This document shows, one piece after another, positions 52,860-62,583 of a stretch of DNA of 64,000 nt. Made by a program: the position numbers and the translations under genes. The stretch is from Gammaproteobacteria bacterium (GTDB taxonomy: Bacteria > Pseudomonadota > Gammaproteobacteria > DATFLL01). Every line of letters starts with the position of its first letter. Within the stretch, counting starts at the first letter, position 1. The stretch covers positions 477 to 64,476 of the forward strand of contig DATFLL010000061.1 in assembly GCA_035267785.1 (NCBI GenBank). The letters are read 5' to 3'. The notes under the pieces were generated by a model. It had not been told where the DNA came from, made no database searches, and saw only the letters and a program-made list of their open reading frames with translations.

Positions 52860-53867
52860 TCAGACGACGTGCTGATTTTCCGCGATGGAGAAGCGCTTGC
52901 GGAACTCGCCGGGCGAGAGGTGCGTCGTGCGGCGAAACACCCGGCGCAGGCTGCTGGGGTCGCGATAACCCACACGCTCGGCCACCGCCTCCAGCGGCAA
53001 GGTGGTGCGTTCGAGCAGACGCTTGGCCTCCTCGATGCGAAGGCGCGTGAGGTATTCGGCGGGGTTGTGTCCTGTCGACTTCTTGAAGCGGCGAATGAGC
53101 GTGCGCGGGCTGACCGCGAGCACCTCGGCCAGGCGATCGAACGTGAATTCCTCTCGCAGGTGCATCTGCATCCAGGTCTCGGCGCGCGTCACCAGTGGAT
53201 CGCGTACGCGGATGCCGCTTTCCAGATAGCTGTACGGCGCCTGTGAATTTCGGTTGGTGTCGACGAGCAGGGCCTTGGCACAGAACAACGCCAGCTCGTC
53301 GCCGGCAAAACGGCGCACGAGGTTCAAAGCCACACTCAGATAGGCCGTCGCCGCACCGCCGGTCACGATACCTTCGTCCTCGACCACCATGTCGTCGGCC
53401 ACCAGCCGCACGCGCGGATAGCGATCGGTGAAGGCTTCCTGGATCCACCAGCTCGTCGTCGCGCGACGCCCATCGAGCAGCCCTGCCTCGGCCAGCAGTA
53501 CGGTCGCAGTGCAGCTCGCGGCGAGGATACAGCCCGCGTCACAGACCGCGGCGAGCGGCCGGAGTTGCGGCGCCAAGGCTTGTGCCAGACTCAGCAGTTG
53601 CTCGGGGCTCTCGAAATGGACGCTGCCGACGATGAGGGCATCGGGCTCGTCCATGTCGGCGAGGCTGCCATCGGCCGACAGGCGGATACCCGTCGATGTG
53701 CTGACGGGGGTACCGTCGGGCGTCAGCACGCGCCAGGAAAACAGCGGCGCAGCGGCTTCGCCGGCCTGGCGTTGCCAGACCGTGTTGGCCGCCTTGAAGA
53801 GGTCAAGCGTCCCGGTGACGCAGCCACCCACGCAGTCCTCCGAGGCCAGTACTGCGATTCGGTGCAT
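52860..53867 (-). CDS. GlxA-type transcriptional regulator (DJ-1/PfpI domain plus AraC HTH)
   Basis: N-terminal DJ-1-like domain with the Cys in AVCDAGCILAA. C-terminal AraC-type HTH (RRFKKSTGHNPAEYLTRLRIEEAKRLL). Confidence 0.8.
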   Translation of the reverse strand: MHRIAVLASEDCVGGCVTGTLDLFKAANTVWQRQAGEAAAPLFSWRVLTPDGTPVSTSTGIRLSADGSLADMDEPDALIVGSVHFESPEQLLSLAQALAPQLRPLAAVCDAGCILAASCTATVLLAEAGLLDGRRATTSWWIQEAFTDRYPRVRLVADDMVVEDEGIVTGGAATAYLSVALNLVRRFAGDELALFCAKALLVDTNRNSQAPYSYLESGIRVRDPLVTRAETWMQMHLREEFTFDRLAEVLAVSPRTLIRRFKKSTGHNPAEYLTRLRIEEAKRLLERTTLPLEAVAERVGYRDPSSLRRVFRRTTHLSPGEFRKRFSIAENQHVV

Positions 53868-54031
53868 CCTTAAAGTGTCAACTTCGGCACGATAGTTGTC
53901 AATGTCGCCACTGTATGACGCGCCCCGCCCGGTCTAGCCTGAGACCATCGACAACAGCGAGGCCGACCGCGCAAGGGCCGAGTCGAGCCCAACGGTCCTC
54001 GCGGCCAACGACGCACTGTCGGGAGGGGAGC

Positions 54032-54805
54032 ATGAATACATCACAATCCTACGCCGAGTCTGCGAGCGCGCCGCCGCTCGCAACACGCTCGGCCGTCTTC
54101 GCCTACAGCGTCATCGCCTACGCGATCGGCATGGCGGCCATCGTCTGGTTGATCGCCTGTCTGGCCGGGCTGTGCCCGCTCGTGGCACCGCCTCTGCAGA
54201 CCCACTCGACCACCGGCGCGGCACTGGTGGACGTGGGGCTGCTCATCCTGTTCGGCCTGCAGCACAGCATCATGGCCCGCCGCGGCTTCAAGGACTGGTG
54301 GACACGTTGGATCGCACCCGCCGCCGAACGCAGCACCTATGTGCTCACCTCGGGCATCGCCCTCGGGGCCCTGTTATGGCTGTGGCAGCCGATCGAGGGG
54401 ACCGTCTGGTCGGTCTCCGAGCCCACCGCACGCATCGCGCTGTGGGCGCTGTTCGCCGCCGGCTGGCTGTATCTGGTCGCCGCCACCTATGTCACCAGCC
54501 ACTACGACCTGTTCGGCCTGCGCCAGGGTTGGTACTACCTGCGCGGCAAACCATACACGCCGGTCCCCTTCGTGCGCTCATGGATGTACCGCTACAGCCG
54601 CCATCCGATGATGGCCGGTATCCTGGTCGGGATCTGGGCGACGCCGCAGATGTCCGCAACGCACCTCGTACTGGCATTCGGCTTCAGCGCCTATATCGCC
54701 ATCGGCGTGGCGTTCGAGGAACGCGGTTTACTGGCGCACTTCGGTGAGCAGTACCTCCACTATCGCACGGAAGTCGGCGCCCTGCTGCCGCGGTTTCGCG
54801 GCTGA
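54032..54805 (+). CDS. isoprenylcysteine carboxyl methyltransferase (ICMT)-family / MddA-like membrane methyltransferase
   Basis: About 258 aa with multiple transmembrane segments. C-terminal SAM-binding region ...RYSRHPMMAGILVGIWATP...FEERGLLAHFGEQYLHYRTEV, typical of the ICMT/PEMT/NnrU family. Confidence 0.65.
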   Translation: MNTSQSYAESASAPPLATRSAVFAYSVIAYAIGMAAIVWLIACLAGLCPLVAPPLQTHSTTGAALVDVGLLILFGLQHSIMARRGFKDWWTRWIAPAAERSTYVLTSGIALGALLWLWQPIEGTVWSVSEPTARIALWALFAAGWLYLVAATYVTSHYDLFGLRQGWYYLRGKPYTPVPFVRSWMYRYSRHPMMAGILVGIWATPQMSATHLVLAFGFSAYIAIGVAFEERGLLAHFGEQYLHYRTEVGALLPRFRG

Positions 54806-54848
54806 GTGTACCGACTCGCGTCCCTGCGTCTATCGGGAGGTAATCGAT

Positions 54849-55262
54849 ATGATCCTGTACAAGGAGCTAAGCTGGTGGTACTGGGCGGTCACCGCGGTGC
54901 TGCTAGTCGTCGGATTGACCGGCCGTGTGGAGGCCTTCTACGCCGCCACGGCGCTGAGCGCCATCCAGACGATGCATTATCGGTTGATCGAAGGCGGCTT
55001 CTCGGCGTTTCCTGTCCAGGTCCGCCTCGTCTACACCGCGCTGCTGGCAGAGTTTCTGTGGCCGCCGCTGCGCATCCTGTACTGGCTGCCGGCCCTCGGC
55101 ACGATCGCCCTGGTCGTGTTTGGGTATTGCCCGTTGGCCCGCTGCCTGTCGCTGCTGCCCTGGAACCGAACCGAAGACTTCTCGCTCGACCTGGTCAAAC
55201 GCACGTTCCTCGCGGCACCGGTCAAGGGCAATATCATGCAGGGCCTGCCGCCGACGCAGTGA
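54849..55262 (+). CDS. hypothetical small membrane protein (4 predicted transmembrane segments)
   Basis: 137 aa. Starts 43 nt after the methyltransferase. Hydrophobic helices. Confidence 0.5.
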   Translation: MILYKELSWWYWAVTAVLLVVGLTGRVEAFYAATALSAIQTMHYRLIEGGFSAFPVQVRLVYTALLAEFLWPPLRILYWLPALGTIALVVFGYCPLARCLSLLPWNRTEDFSLDLVKRTFLAAPVKGNIMQGLPPTQ

Positions 55263-55533
55263 TGGCACTGAGGTAACACCGCGCGGGCCGCTCTATGGAC
55301 GGCCCCGCGCCCCGGTGCGCGCGATCGCGAGTTGCCGCTTGATGGATAACAGCTCGCGATGCGTTCGCGGAGAACGAATTCCGCGCCCTCCTCGATACCG
55401 GCACCATAGATAAACGTAAGCTCGATGTGATCGCGCGGGTTCGAGGCCCGCCATCACTGGTCGATGCGCGAGACACAGTCCCACACCGTTTGCGCATCAC
55501 GGCCTATCCCGCCTTCGGCCTTGACGGCTATCA

Positions 55534-56016
55534 TCAGTACGGCGTGCCGTCCTTGTGCGTAAACCGCCATTGACCGTCGACGAGCTCGGCCTGCAGGTCG
55601 TCGTCGGGATAGACGACCTCGTCGCCCGGCGTGCGGTCGCCGACCTCCAGGTACACCACATCCTCGTCGGTGCGGTTCTCCAGGTTCGCGGCGTTGCCGC
55701 TGCCGGCCTTGAAACCGGCGCACATCCCGGGCGCGAGCTCGACCGGACCGTCGTTGGTGTTCAGCGTCGGGCGCCCCTCGAGAACATAGACGAACTCATC
55801 CTGCTTGCCGTGGCTATGGCGCAGGGCGGAGATGGCGCCGGGGGCCAGGCGCGTGAGATTGACGCCGAAGTTGGTCAGCCCGAACAAATCGCCGAGCGGA
55901 TGCTTCTCGCGCCCCGCCATGCGGGAGGCGAAGGGCCCCGGATAAACCGAGGGTTTACTCCTCGCCGGCGCATCGGCCGCCCTGATTGCCGTCGGAACAG
56001 AGTGTTCTTTTGCCAT
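55534..56016 (-). CDS. cupin-domain protein
   Basis: Cupin motifs HSHGKQDEFVYVLEG and a second conserved motif. About 160 aa. Confidence 0.7.
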   Translation of the reverse strand: MAKEHSVPTAIRAADAPARSKPSVYPGPFASRMAGREKHPLGDLFGLTNFGVNLTRLAPGAISALRHSHGKQDEFVYVLEGRPTLNTNDGPVELAPGMCAGFKAGSGNAANLENRTDEDVVYLEVGDRTPGDEVVYPDDDLQAELVDGQWRFTHKDGTPY

Positions 56017-56056
56017 ACGCGTCTCCTGCGAATGTGAGCGGATACCGTCCCGGAAT

Positions 56057-56932
56057 TCAGCGCAGTGCGACCGCCAATGCAATGGGCATGACCACCAGGC
56101 TTCCCAGGTTCGCCAGCATGACGATGGAGGCGACCTTCTCCGGCTCCTGGCGGTACTGCTCGGCGACGATGTAGTTCAATACCGCAGGCGGCAGGGCCCC
56201 GAAGATGATCAGCAGGCTGTGCTGCAGAGGCGGCAGCGTCAGCCACAGCGACAGCAGCCACACCATCGCCAGCCCCGTCGCCGGGCACAAAATCGCACCC
56301 CACAGCCCGAGGTGCCAGTCCTTGAACGAGACCTCCGTCAGGCGTACGCCCAGGGAGAACAACAACAGCGGGATGGCGATGTCGCCCAGCATCTTGATGG
56401 TCGTGGCCACCGGTGCGGGCAGGCTCAGGCCGCTGGCGCTGACCGCCAGGCCCAACAGCGTGGCCACGATCACCGGGATGCGCAGCATCCGGGTCAGGCG
56501 CATGCGGTGGTCCAGGATATAGGCCCCGAGCGAGAAGTGCAGTGCCATCTCCACGATGAACAGGATGATCGCCGCCGGCAGGGCCTTCTGACCGAAGGCC
56601 AGCACCGCCAGCGGCAGACCCATGTTGCCCGAGTTGTTGAACATCATGGGCGGCACGAACGTGCGGTAGTCGACCTTGAGCAGCCGGGCAAAGGGCGCGG
56701 CCAGCAGCCCCGAGCCCAGAATCACCAGCGCCGCGGCCAACGCCAGCCATTTGTACTCCCCCAGATCGAAGGACTTGTTCGCCAGCGCCCCGAACACCAG
56801 GGCCGGCACGAACAGGTCCATATTGAGCTGATTGGCCAGCGCCATATCCGGGCGCTTGTAGCGACCGTAGAAGTAGCCGATCGCCGCGATGGCGAAGACC
56901 GGAAAGACGATGGAAAAGATACGCAGGATCAT
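56057..56932 (-). CDS. AEC-family (auxin efflux carrier) transporter
   Basis: 291 aa with 8-10 transmembrane segments. The N-terminal MILRIFSIVFPVFAIAAIGYFYG pattern is typical of AEC transporters. Confidence 0.75.
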   Translation of the reverse strand: MILRIFSIVFPVFAIAAIGYFYGRYKRPDMALANQLNMDLFVPALVFGALANKSFDLGEYKWLALAAALVILGSGLLAAPFARLLKVDYRTFVPPMMFNNSGNMGLPLAVLAFGQKALPAAIILFIVEMALHFSLGAYILDHRMRLTRMLRIPVIVATLLGLAVSASGLSLPAPVATTIKMLGDIAIPLLLFSLGVRLTEVSFKDWHLGLWGAILCPATGLAMVWLLSLWLTLPPLQHSLLIIFGALPPAVLNYIVAEQYRQEPEKVASIVMLANLGSLVVMPIALAVALR

Positions 56933-57037
56933 GGAACGGCACTACCGACACTCAACCGACCTTGTACCATATCGGCCGAGCGGCGCAAATGCCCGCACCC
57001 TTTGCAAGGCGTCACCCGACATTGCCCCCGGCTTCCG

Positions 57038-57072
57038 GTAGGTCGGGTTAGCGAAGCGTAACCCGACATCGT
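57038..57072. repeat. REP-like palindromic element CCGGTAGGTCGGGTTAGCGAAGCGTAACCCGACATCG
   Basis: Stem GTCGGGTTA.CG / CG.TAACCCGAC. A second copy lies at 58277-58312 in the same orientation. Confidence 0.75.
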
Positions 57073-57124
57073 CAACGGTCCGCTCGCGCCGTGGCACACG
57101 ACCTCAGTTACCGGTCATTAGCTG

Positions 57125-57829
57125 TCAGCCGCTTGCCTGGCCTTCGGTCTCCGCCCCGGCCGGCACCGGAACCAGATCGGCAAAACAAAACCCATCGCGC
57201 TCGACCACCTCGCCCCGGACCGCGGACAAGGGCTGGCGAAACATCGGACCGGCGACGACACAGGTGTGGAACTCGCCGTACTCGCCACAGGGGTCGACGC
57301 CCTCCGGGAGGTCGTCCAGAAACGCGTGATCGAACCGGCGGCCCGCGAACGAGGCAGGGAGCTTCCTGGGGTCGACGCAGGTGACATACGCCTCCACCCC
57401 CGCATCGACCATGCGCCGCGCAAGCGGCCCCGTCGGCTCCTGCCAGATCGGGAACAGCGGCTCAAGCCCGGACCCCTCGAGCTGTTTGACGCGATAGGCG
57501 CGGATGTCCTCGAGGAAGAGATCTCCGAAGGCGACGTGCGTCGCCCCCCTGCCGAGTGTGTCTTCGACCGCTTCGCGCATGACCCGCTCGTAGACCTCGT
57601 TCGGGCAAGGCCAAGGCAACGGGATGACGTGCAGCGGCAGTCCCACGGCGCGGGCCTGGGCCTCAGCGAGCTCAAGCCGGGTCGAATGCATCGCCACCCG
57701 CTCATGCGTCGTATTGACCGTCGTCATCAGCCCGACCAGCTCGACGTCCGGGTCCTGGCGCAGCCTGTGCAGGGTCCAGGCGCTGTCTTTGCCCGAGCTC
57801 CACGAAAGCACGACACGGCGCGCCTTCAC
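57125..57829 (-). CDS. Dph6-related ATP pyrophosphatase (MJ0570-type adenine-nucleotide alpha-hydrolase)
   Basis: PP-loop VVLSWSSGKDSAW. About 234 aa. Confidence 0.75.
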   Translation of the reverse strand: MKARRVVLSWSSGKDSAWTLHRLRQDPDVELVGLMTTVNTTHERVAMHSTRLELAEAQARAVGLPLHVIPLPWPCPNEVYERVMREAVEDTLGRGATHVAFGDLFLEDIRAYRVKQLEGSGLEPLFPIWQEPTGPLARRMVDAGVEAYVTCVDPRKLPASFAGRRFDHAFLDDLPEGVDPCGEYGEFHTCVVAGPMFRQPLSAVRGEVVERDGFCFADLVPVPAGAETEGQASG

Positions 57830-57938
57830 ACCCGGCCTCCGGCTGGCGGCCGGGCCAATCCCAACCCTGTCTTCCAGATCACAGCATCATCCCGTAGTCG
57901 AAGCCCCGTTACGCCACCTACGCTCCCGCGAACCGTAG

Positions 57939-58238
57939 TCAATCCCTAAGCGACTTCAAAACCCCATAGACCTCGATCCGAGGCTCGCCTTCCGCTTGAT
58001 ACGCCTCCGCAATCGACCGTCGAAGCTCGGACTCGCGGTACGTTAGGAAATCCTCGTTCGATTCCCAGAGATACAGCCCGGCAATCTCACCCGTAGACGA
58101 GTCCTGCAAATAGTATTTCTGCTGCAGCCCCTTGAGTGCTCTGAACTCGTCGATCCGGCTCGCAATGACCTTCTCGACTTCCTCCAGGCTGAGGCGCGAC
58201 TTGAATCTCACCAATAGCACCAACGATGGCTGGGTCAT
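57939..58238 (-). CDS. YdhR-like small putative monooxygenase (dimeric alpha/beta barrel)
   Basis: 99 aa. GEIAGLYLWESNEDFLTYRES parallels the YdhR core GGIYLFTDEKSALAYLEKH. Lower local GC content. Confidence 0.55.
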   Translation of the reverse strand: MTQPSLVLLVRFKSRLSLEEVEKVIASRIDEFRALKGLQQKYYLQDSSTGEIAGLYLWESNEDFLTYRESELRRSIAEAYQAEGEPRIEVYGVLKSLRD

Positions 58239-58276
58239 TGTTTTTCCTATTTTGACGTTCGGAGGATACCTACAGC

Positions 58277-58312
58277 CCCGTAGGTCGGGTTAACGAAGCG
58301 TGACCCGACACT
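58277..58312. repeat. REP-like palindromic element CCCGTAGGTCGGGTTAACGAAGCGTGACCCGACACTC (second copy)
   Basis: 32 of 36 positions identical to the copy at 57038-57072. Confidence 0.75.
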
Positions 58313-58316
58313 CATT

Positions 58317-58931
58317 TCAGTACGGTTTGCCCGCCAGCAAAATACTAATATACGGCGCATACGTTAATACGGCCCCCTGCCTGATCCCCAGGTCGTCGAA
58401 CGCCTGCAGCGCCTGCACCATACACGCCTCGTTCTTCGGCTCTCTACCGAGGGCCTCCAGCGCGTCTATAAACGGCTTGACCTCCTCGGCCACGCCGTAT
58501 TTTTCCAGCATCGCGACCGCCCCGGCGATTTTGTCGGCATCCGCGAACTCTCTGATATGGCCCAATCTGTCCTGGCCCGGCTCCGCGAACGCTGGCGGCT
58601 CCTCATAACTGTTACCGGCCAACCCCGCCGACCCGGAACCAGAATCGACACCATCACCCGTCATTTGCTGCCTCAACGCATCGACAAAGGCGTTGAATTC
58701 CTCGGCAGTCGGGCTATCCACGAACAGCGACAGCATCGGGCGGCCTGTGGCGCGGCTCTTGAATTCGAGACAGGGGCCGTTGACGACCGGGTCTGGGTCC
58801 AGGGTTGTCAGCCCGACCGTCAACTTTTCCTCTTTTAACGCTGTTTTGATCCGCACATAGACAGCATCGTCTGTTAGCTCAAATTCTCGAGCGCCTTTGA
58901 AACGCCTTCTTTGTACAAGTTTTTTAGTCAT
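58317..58931 (-). CDS. hypothetical protein (204 aa, no family recognised; two apparent domains joined by a Gly/Ser linker)
   Basis: Clean ORF with lower GC than the core genome. Confidence 0.5.
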   Translation of the reverse strand: MTKKLVQRRRFKGAREFELTDDAVYVRIKTALKEEKLTVGLTTLDPDPVVNGPCLEFKSRATGRPMLSLFVDSPTAEEFNAFVDALRQQMTGDGVDSGSGSAGLAGNSYEEPPAFAEPGQDRLGHIREFADADKIAGAVAMLEKYGVAEEVKPFIDALEALGREPKNEACMVQALQAFDDLGIRQGAVLTYAPYISILLAGKPY

Positions 58932-59050
58932 TTCAGCGGGCTTATTTACTCAGGTCCATTACTCACCATGCCAGCTGCGCATATATCGACCGCCCACTGA
59001 CACCAACACAGAATCCTACACTTATTCCTGACCTTCAATCCACAAACGGA

Positions 59051-59059
59051 GGGGGGGGG
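59051..59059. repeat. G9 homopolymeric tract
   Basis: GGAGGGGGGGGGC. About 120 nt upstream of the 58931 start codon and 42 nt downstream of the ATPase stop. Confidence 0.9.
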
Positions 59060-59100
59060 CAGTGGCGCCGACACCCCTTCTGATGGCCTGTAAGCCACTC

Positions 59101-61830
59101 TTACTCTTTCCTTTGGAGATTGCGCATGCGGGCGAATGCAAGACGAATCTGTTTCTCTGTTTCAATAACGGCAAATAGCGTCACACCGATACCAAGCACC
59201 AGCGCCCCATCCCACAACGGGATCGGTTCTGTAGCAAAAATCCGCTGTAGTGCCGGCAAATAGGTAATGGCCGCCTGCGCCGCCGCAACGGCAACCACGA
59301 CCACCCACACCACTCTCGTCCCCCGCACGGCCCTCCATGTCAATGACGCACCGTAGATATTCCGAATAAAGAACAGGTGCGCGATCTCCATCACCACCAG
59401 CGTGTTGACCGCCAGGGTGCGCGCCAGCCCCACGGAATATCCGCGTTCAATGGCATAATGATACATGCCGTAGACACCGAACAAGAAGAGCAAGGAAACA
59501 AAAACGATATGCCACGCCAGCGCGCCGCTTAAAAGGGGTTCGTCCCGGGGACGCGGCGGGCGGCGCATAGTGTTTTCTTCCGTCGGCTCAAAGGCCAGCG
59601 CTATACCCAGCGTAACGGCGGTGATGAGATTCACCCACAGAATTTGAACCGGCGTGACGGGCAGCGTCATACCGAAAAACAGCGCCACCACAATGGTCAT
59701 GGCCTCGCCCGCATTGGTGGGCAAGGTCCAGCTAATGACCTTTTTCAGGTTGTCATAGACCGTACGCCCTTCTTGTACCGCGGCCACGATGGAGGCGAAA
59801 TTGTCGTCTGCCAGCACCAGCTCCGATGCCTCCTTGGCCGCCTCGGATCCTTTGAGCCCCATGGCGATGCCCGCATCGGCCCGTTTCAATGCCGGGGCAT
59901 CATTGACCCCATCGCCCGTCATGGCCACCGTCATGTCGTGCGCCTGCAACGCGGTAACTAGCCGCAGCTTGTGTTCCGGGCTGGTGCGGGCAAAGATGTC
60001 ACACCCGAGCACGGCGTCCTTCAAGGCGCGGTCATCCATATCCTCCAGGTCGGCTCCGGTCAACACCTTATCGGGGTTCAGCAGGCCGATCTGCCGGCCA
60101 ATCGCCGCGGCGGTCTTGGCATGATCGCCGGTAATCATCTTCACCCGGATCCCCGCGTTATGGCACTGCGCCACGGCGTCGATTGCCTCCTGCCGCGGTG
60201 GGTCGATCATCCCGACCATACCGAGCAGGGTCAGGCCTTCCTCCACGTCCGTAAGCTCAAGGACAGTATGTTCCGGCGGCACCGGCTTGACCGCCAATGC
60301 CAACACCCTCTGGCCCCGTGCCGCGATGGCTTCGGCTTTCTGCTCCCAGTAACCGGCGTCCAGCGCTTCCTGCTTTCCATCCGCCCCGCGCTGGTTTTGA
60401 CACATTGTGAGCATGCGCTCCGGCGCTCCCTTGACCAGGACAAATGCGTGTTGCGCATGGTCATGGTTCAAGGTGGCCATAAAGCGGTGTCGGGCATCGA
60501 AGGGGATGGCGTCGGTTCGCGTCCATTCTGCCTGTTCCCGGCGCACATCCAGACCCATTTTTCCCGCAAAGGAAAGTAGAGCCGCTTCCATTGGATCGCC
60601 TTCTGCATGCCACGCATCGTCCCTCTCACGCAGCGCCGCGTCGTTGCAGAGCGCCGCAACCCGGGCGAGTTCTTCCAGCACGCCGTGCTCAGAGGGGACA
60701 ACACTTGTGTCCTTCAACTTCAACGCGCCTTGCGGCGCATACCCCTCGCCTTCTAAGGTAAACAGATGCTGCCCCGTGAATACGGACGCCACCATCATTT
60801 CATTGCGCGTCAGGGTACCGGTCTTATCCGAACAGATTACGGAAACCGAACCCAGTGTTTCGATAGCAGGCAACCGCCTCACAATTGCATGCCGCCTTGC
60901 CATGGCCTGCACCCCGACGGCAAGGGTAATAGTGAGCACTGCCGGCAAGCCCTCCGGGATAGCGGCCACCGACAGCCCGACCACCGACATGAACATTTCG
61001 GAGAAATCGTGATGACCGACGAAATAGCCGTAGATCAACAACAGCGCCGCAATAAGCAAGATCAAAACCGTCAGCCATTTGGCAAACACGCCCATTTGCC
61101 TGACCAGGGGCGTTGTCAGCGACTCCACGGTCGTCAGTAGGCTGCTAATTCTCCCGATCTCCGTATGGTCCCCGGTGGCCACCACCACTCCCCTGCCCTG
61201 GCCCGAGACCACCAGGGTGCCGGAGAACGCCATACAGGCGCGGTCACCGAGCGGTGCGTCCTCTGCAACCGGCGCGGTCCCCTTCTGGACAGGGACGGAC
61301 TCGCCTGTCAATATCGCCTCCTGGACCGATATCCCGTGAGCTTTGAACAGGCGCAGATCGGCCGGAACCTTGTTGCCCGCCTCGAGCAGCACGATATCGC
61401 CCGGAACCAGCGCCTCGCCATCGATGCTGACGCGCTCGCCGCCCCGTATTACATCGGCACGCGGCGCGAGCATCTGGCGAATCGCGTCCATGGCCTTTTC
61501 CGCCTTGCCCTCCTGAATGAAGCCGATAATGGCGTTGGCCACCACCACGGCCAGAATGACGGCCGTGTCGACCCAATGGCCCAACGCGACGGTGATCAGC
61601 GCGGAACCGAGCAGGACGTAGATGAGGATATTGTGGAAATGAAGCAGGAACCGCAGCCAGGCGCTGCGCTTTTTCGCCTCCGGTAACCGGTTGGCGCCAT
61701 ATCTGGCAAGCCGCGCCTCGGCTTCTTGCTGATCCAGGCCGGCCTCGGATGTGTTCAGCCCTTTCAGCGCCGCCTCTGCCGCGCTACTGTGCCAGGTCGC
61801 CTGCGCCTCTTTCGAGCTTGTTGTCTGCAT
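59101..61830 (-). CDS. cation-transporting P-type ATPase (P2-type, Ca2+/Mg2+-like)
   Basis: Phosphorylation motif ICSDKTGTLT and hinge TGDGVNDAPALKRADAGIAMG. About 10 transmembrane segments. 909 aa. Confidence 0.9.
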   Translation of the reverse strand: MQTTSSKEAQATWHSSAAEAALKGLNTSEAGLDQQEAEARLARYGANRLPEAKKRSAWLRFLLHFHNILIYVLLGSALITVALGHWVDTAVILAVVVANAIIGFIQEGKAEKAMDAIRQMLAPRADVIRGGERVSIDGEALVPGDIVLLEAGNKVPADLRLFKAHGISVQEAILTGESVPVQKGTAPVAEDAPLGDRACMAFSGTLVVSGQGRGVVVATGDHTEIGRISSLLTTVESLTTPLVRQMGVFAKWLTVLILLIAALLLIYGYFVGHHDFSEMFMSVVGLSVAAIPEGLPAVLTITLAVGVQAMARRHAIVRRLPAIETLGSVSVICSDKTGTLTRNEMMVASVFTGQHLFTLEGEGYAPQGALKLKDTSVVPSEHGVLEELARVAALCNDAALRERDDAWHAEGDPMEAALLSFAGKMGLDVRREQAEWTRTDAIPFDARHRFMATLNHDHAQHAFVLVKGAPERMLTMCQNQRGADGKQEALDAGYWEQKAEAIAARGQRVLALAVKPVPPEHTVLELTDVEEGLTLLGMVGMIDPPRQEAIDAVAQCHNAGIRVKMITGDHAKTAAAIGRQIGLLNPDKVLTGADLEDMDDRALKDAVLGCDIFARTSPEHKLRLVTALQAHDMTVAMTGDGVNDAPALKRADAGIAMGLKGSEAAKEASELVLADDNFASIVAAVQEGRTVYDNLKKVISWTLPTNAGEAMTIVVALFFGMTLPVTPVQILWVNLITAVTLGIALAFEPTEENTMRRPPRPRDEPLLSGALAWHIVFVSLLFLFGVYGMYHYAIERGYSVGLARTLAVNTLVVMEIAHLFFIRNIYGASLTWRAVRGTRVVWVVVVAVAAAQAAITYLPALQRIFATEPIPLWDGALVLGIGVTLFAVIETEKQIRLAFARMRNLQRKE

Positions 61831-61964
61831 GCCGCACCTACACCGTCACGTACGTTCGACACAAAACTCTGTCTCTGGATTCAGGGTTCCTTCGGGCCTG
61901 ACATTCGCCTTTCTCGACCGGCCGGCCGTCGCGGCCCTGCGACGCGGCAACTATTGAGATATTC

Positions 61965-62486
61965 TTACCAGTACTTAGGGTCGCTTAGTGCACGAGGACA
62001 CACCAACTGGCCGCTCAGCGATTCAAGAGGATCGCCCTGTAGCGCGATCGCCATCCAGGCCTCCGGGTACAGAATATCATACGGCGCACGAACCCGGTGA
62101 TGGGCACTGAAGCCGCGCGGACCATAGTAGCGCGGATCCCCGAGCACGAACACCGCATCGACCCCGCGCGCCCGTAGCACGCTGAGGCCCCTCTCGATAA
62201 GCGCCCGCCCGATACCCCGGCCCTGATGTCGCCTGGCGACGGCCAGCGGCGCGAGTATACACGCCGACACCGTCCCGGCACCCTCAATGCGCACCGTACT
62301 GAAGATGACGTTGCCGACCACCTCACCGCCCGTTTCCGCCACCAGCGCGAGCAGCGGCTGCGCCGTGGCATCCACGAACAATGCCGAGACGAGCTCCGCG
62401 ATAGTCTCACCCTCTTCCCCGAAGGCGTTCAGATGAACCTGCCTGATCGCGGTCAGATCGGACTCTCGGGCCTCCCTTATCTCCAC
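61965..62486 (-). CDS. GNAT-family N-acetyltransferase
   Basis: Acetyl-CoA-binding motif RRHQGRGIGRALIE. Confidence 0.8.
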   Translation of the reverse strand: MEIREARESDLTAIRQVHLNAFGEEGETIAELVSALFVDATAQPLLALVAETGGEVVGNVIFSTVRIEGAGTVSACILAPLAVARRHQGRGIGRALIERGLSVLRARGVDAVFVLGDPRYYGPRGFSAHHRVRAPYDILYPEAWMAIALQGDPLESLSGQLVCPRALSDPKYW

Positions 62487-62583
62487 GGGACCGCCAATCT
62501 GGGCTTAGGCCGCGCGGCAAGGCGCAGCCATTGGCGGCCCCGCCGGCCTCCTGGTTCGATCCGGTTATCGCAGCGAGCCTTGA

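Noticed and set aside
55263-55533. Possible transposase or integrase remnant downstream of the cupin gene
   Set aside because: All three frames give non-descript Arg-rich peptides with no recognisable motif.
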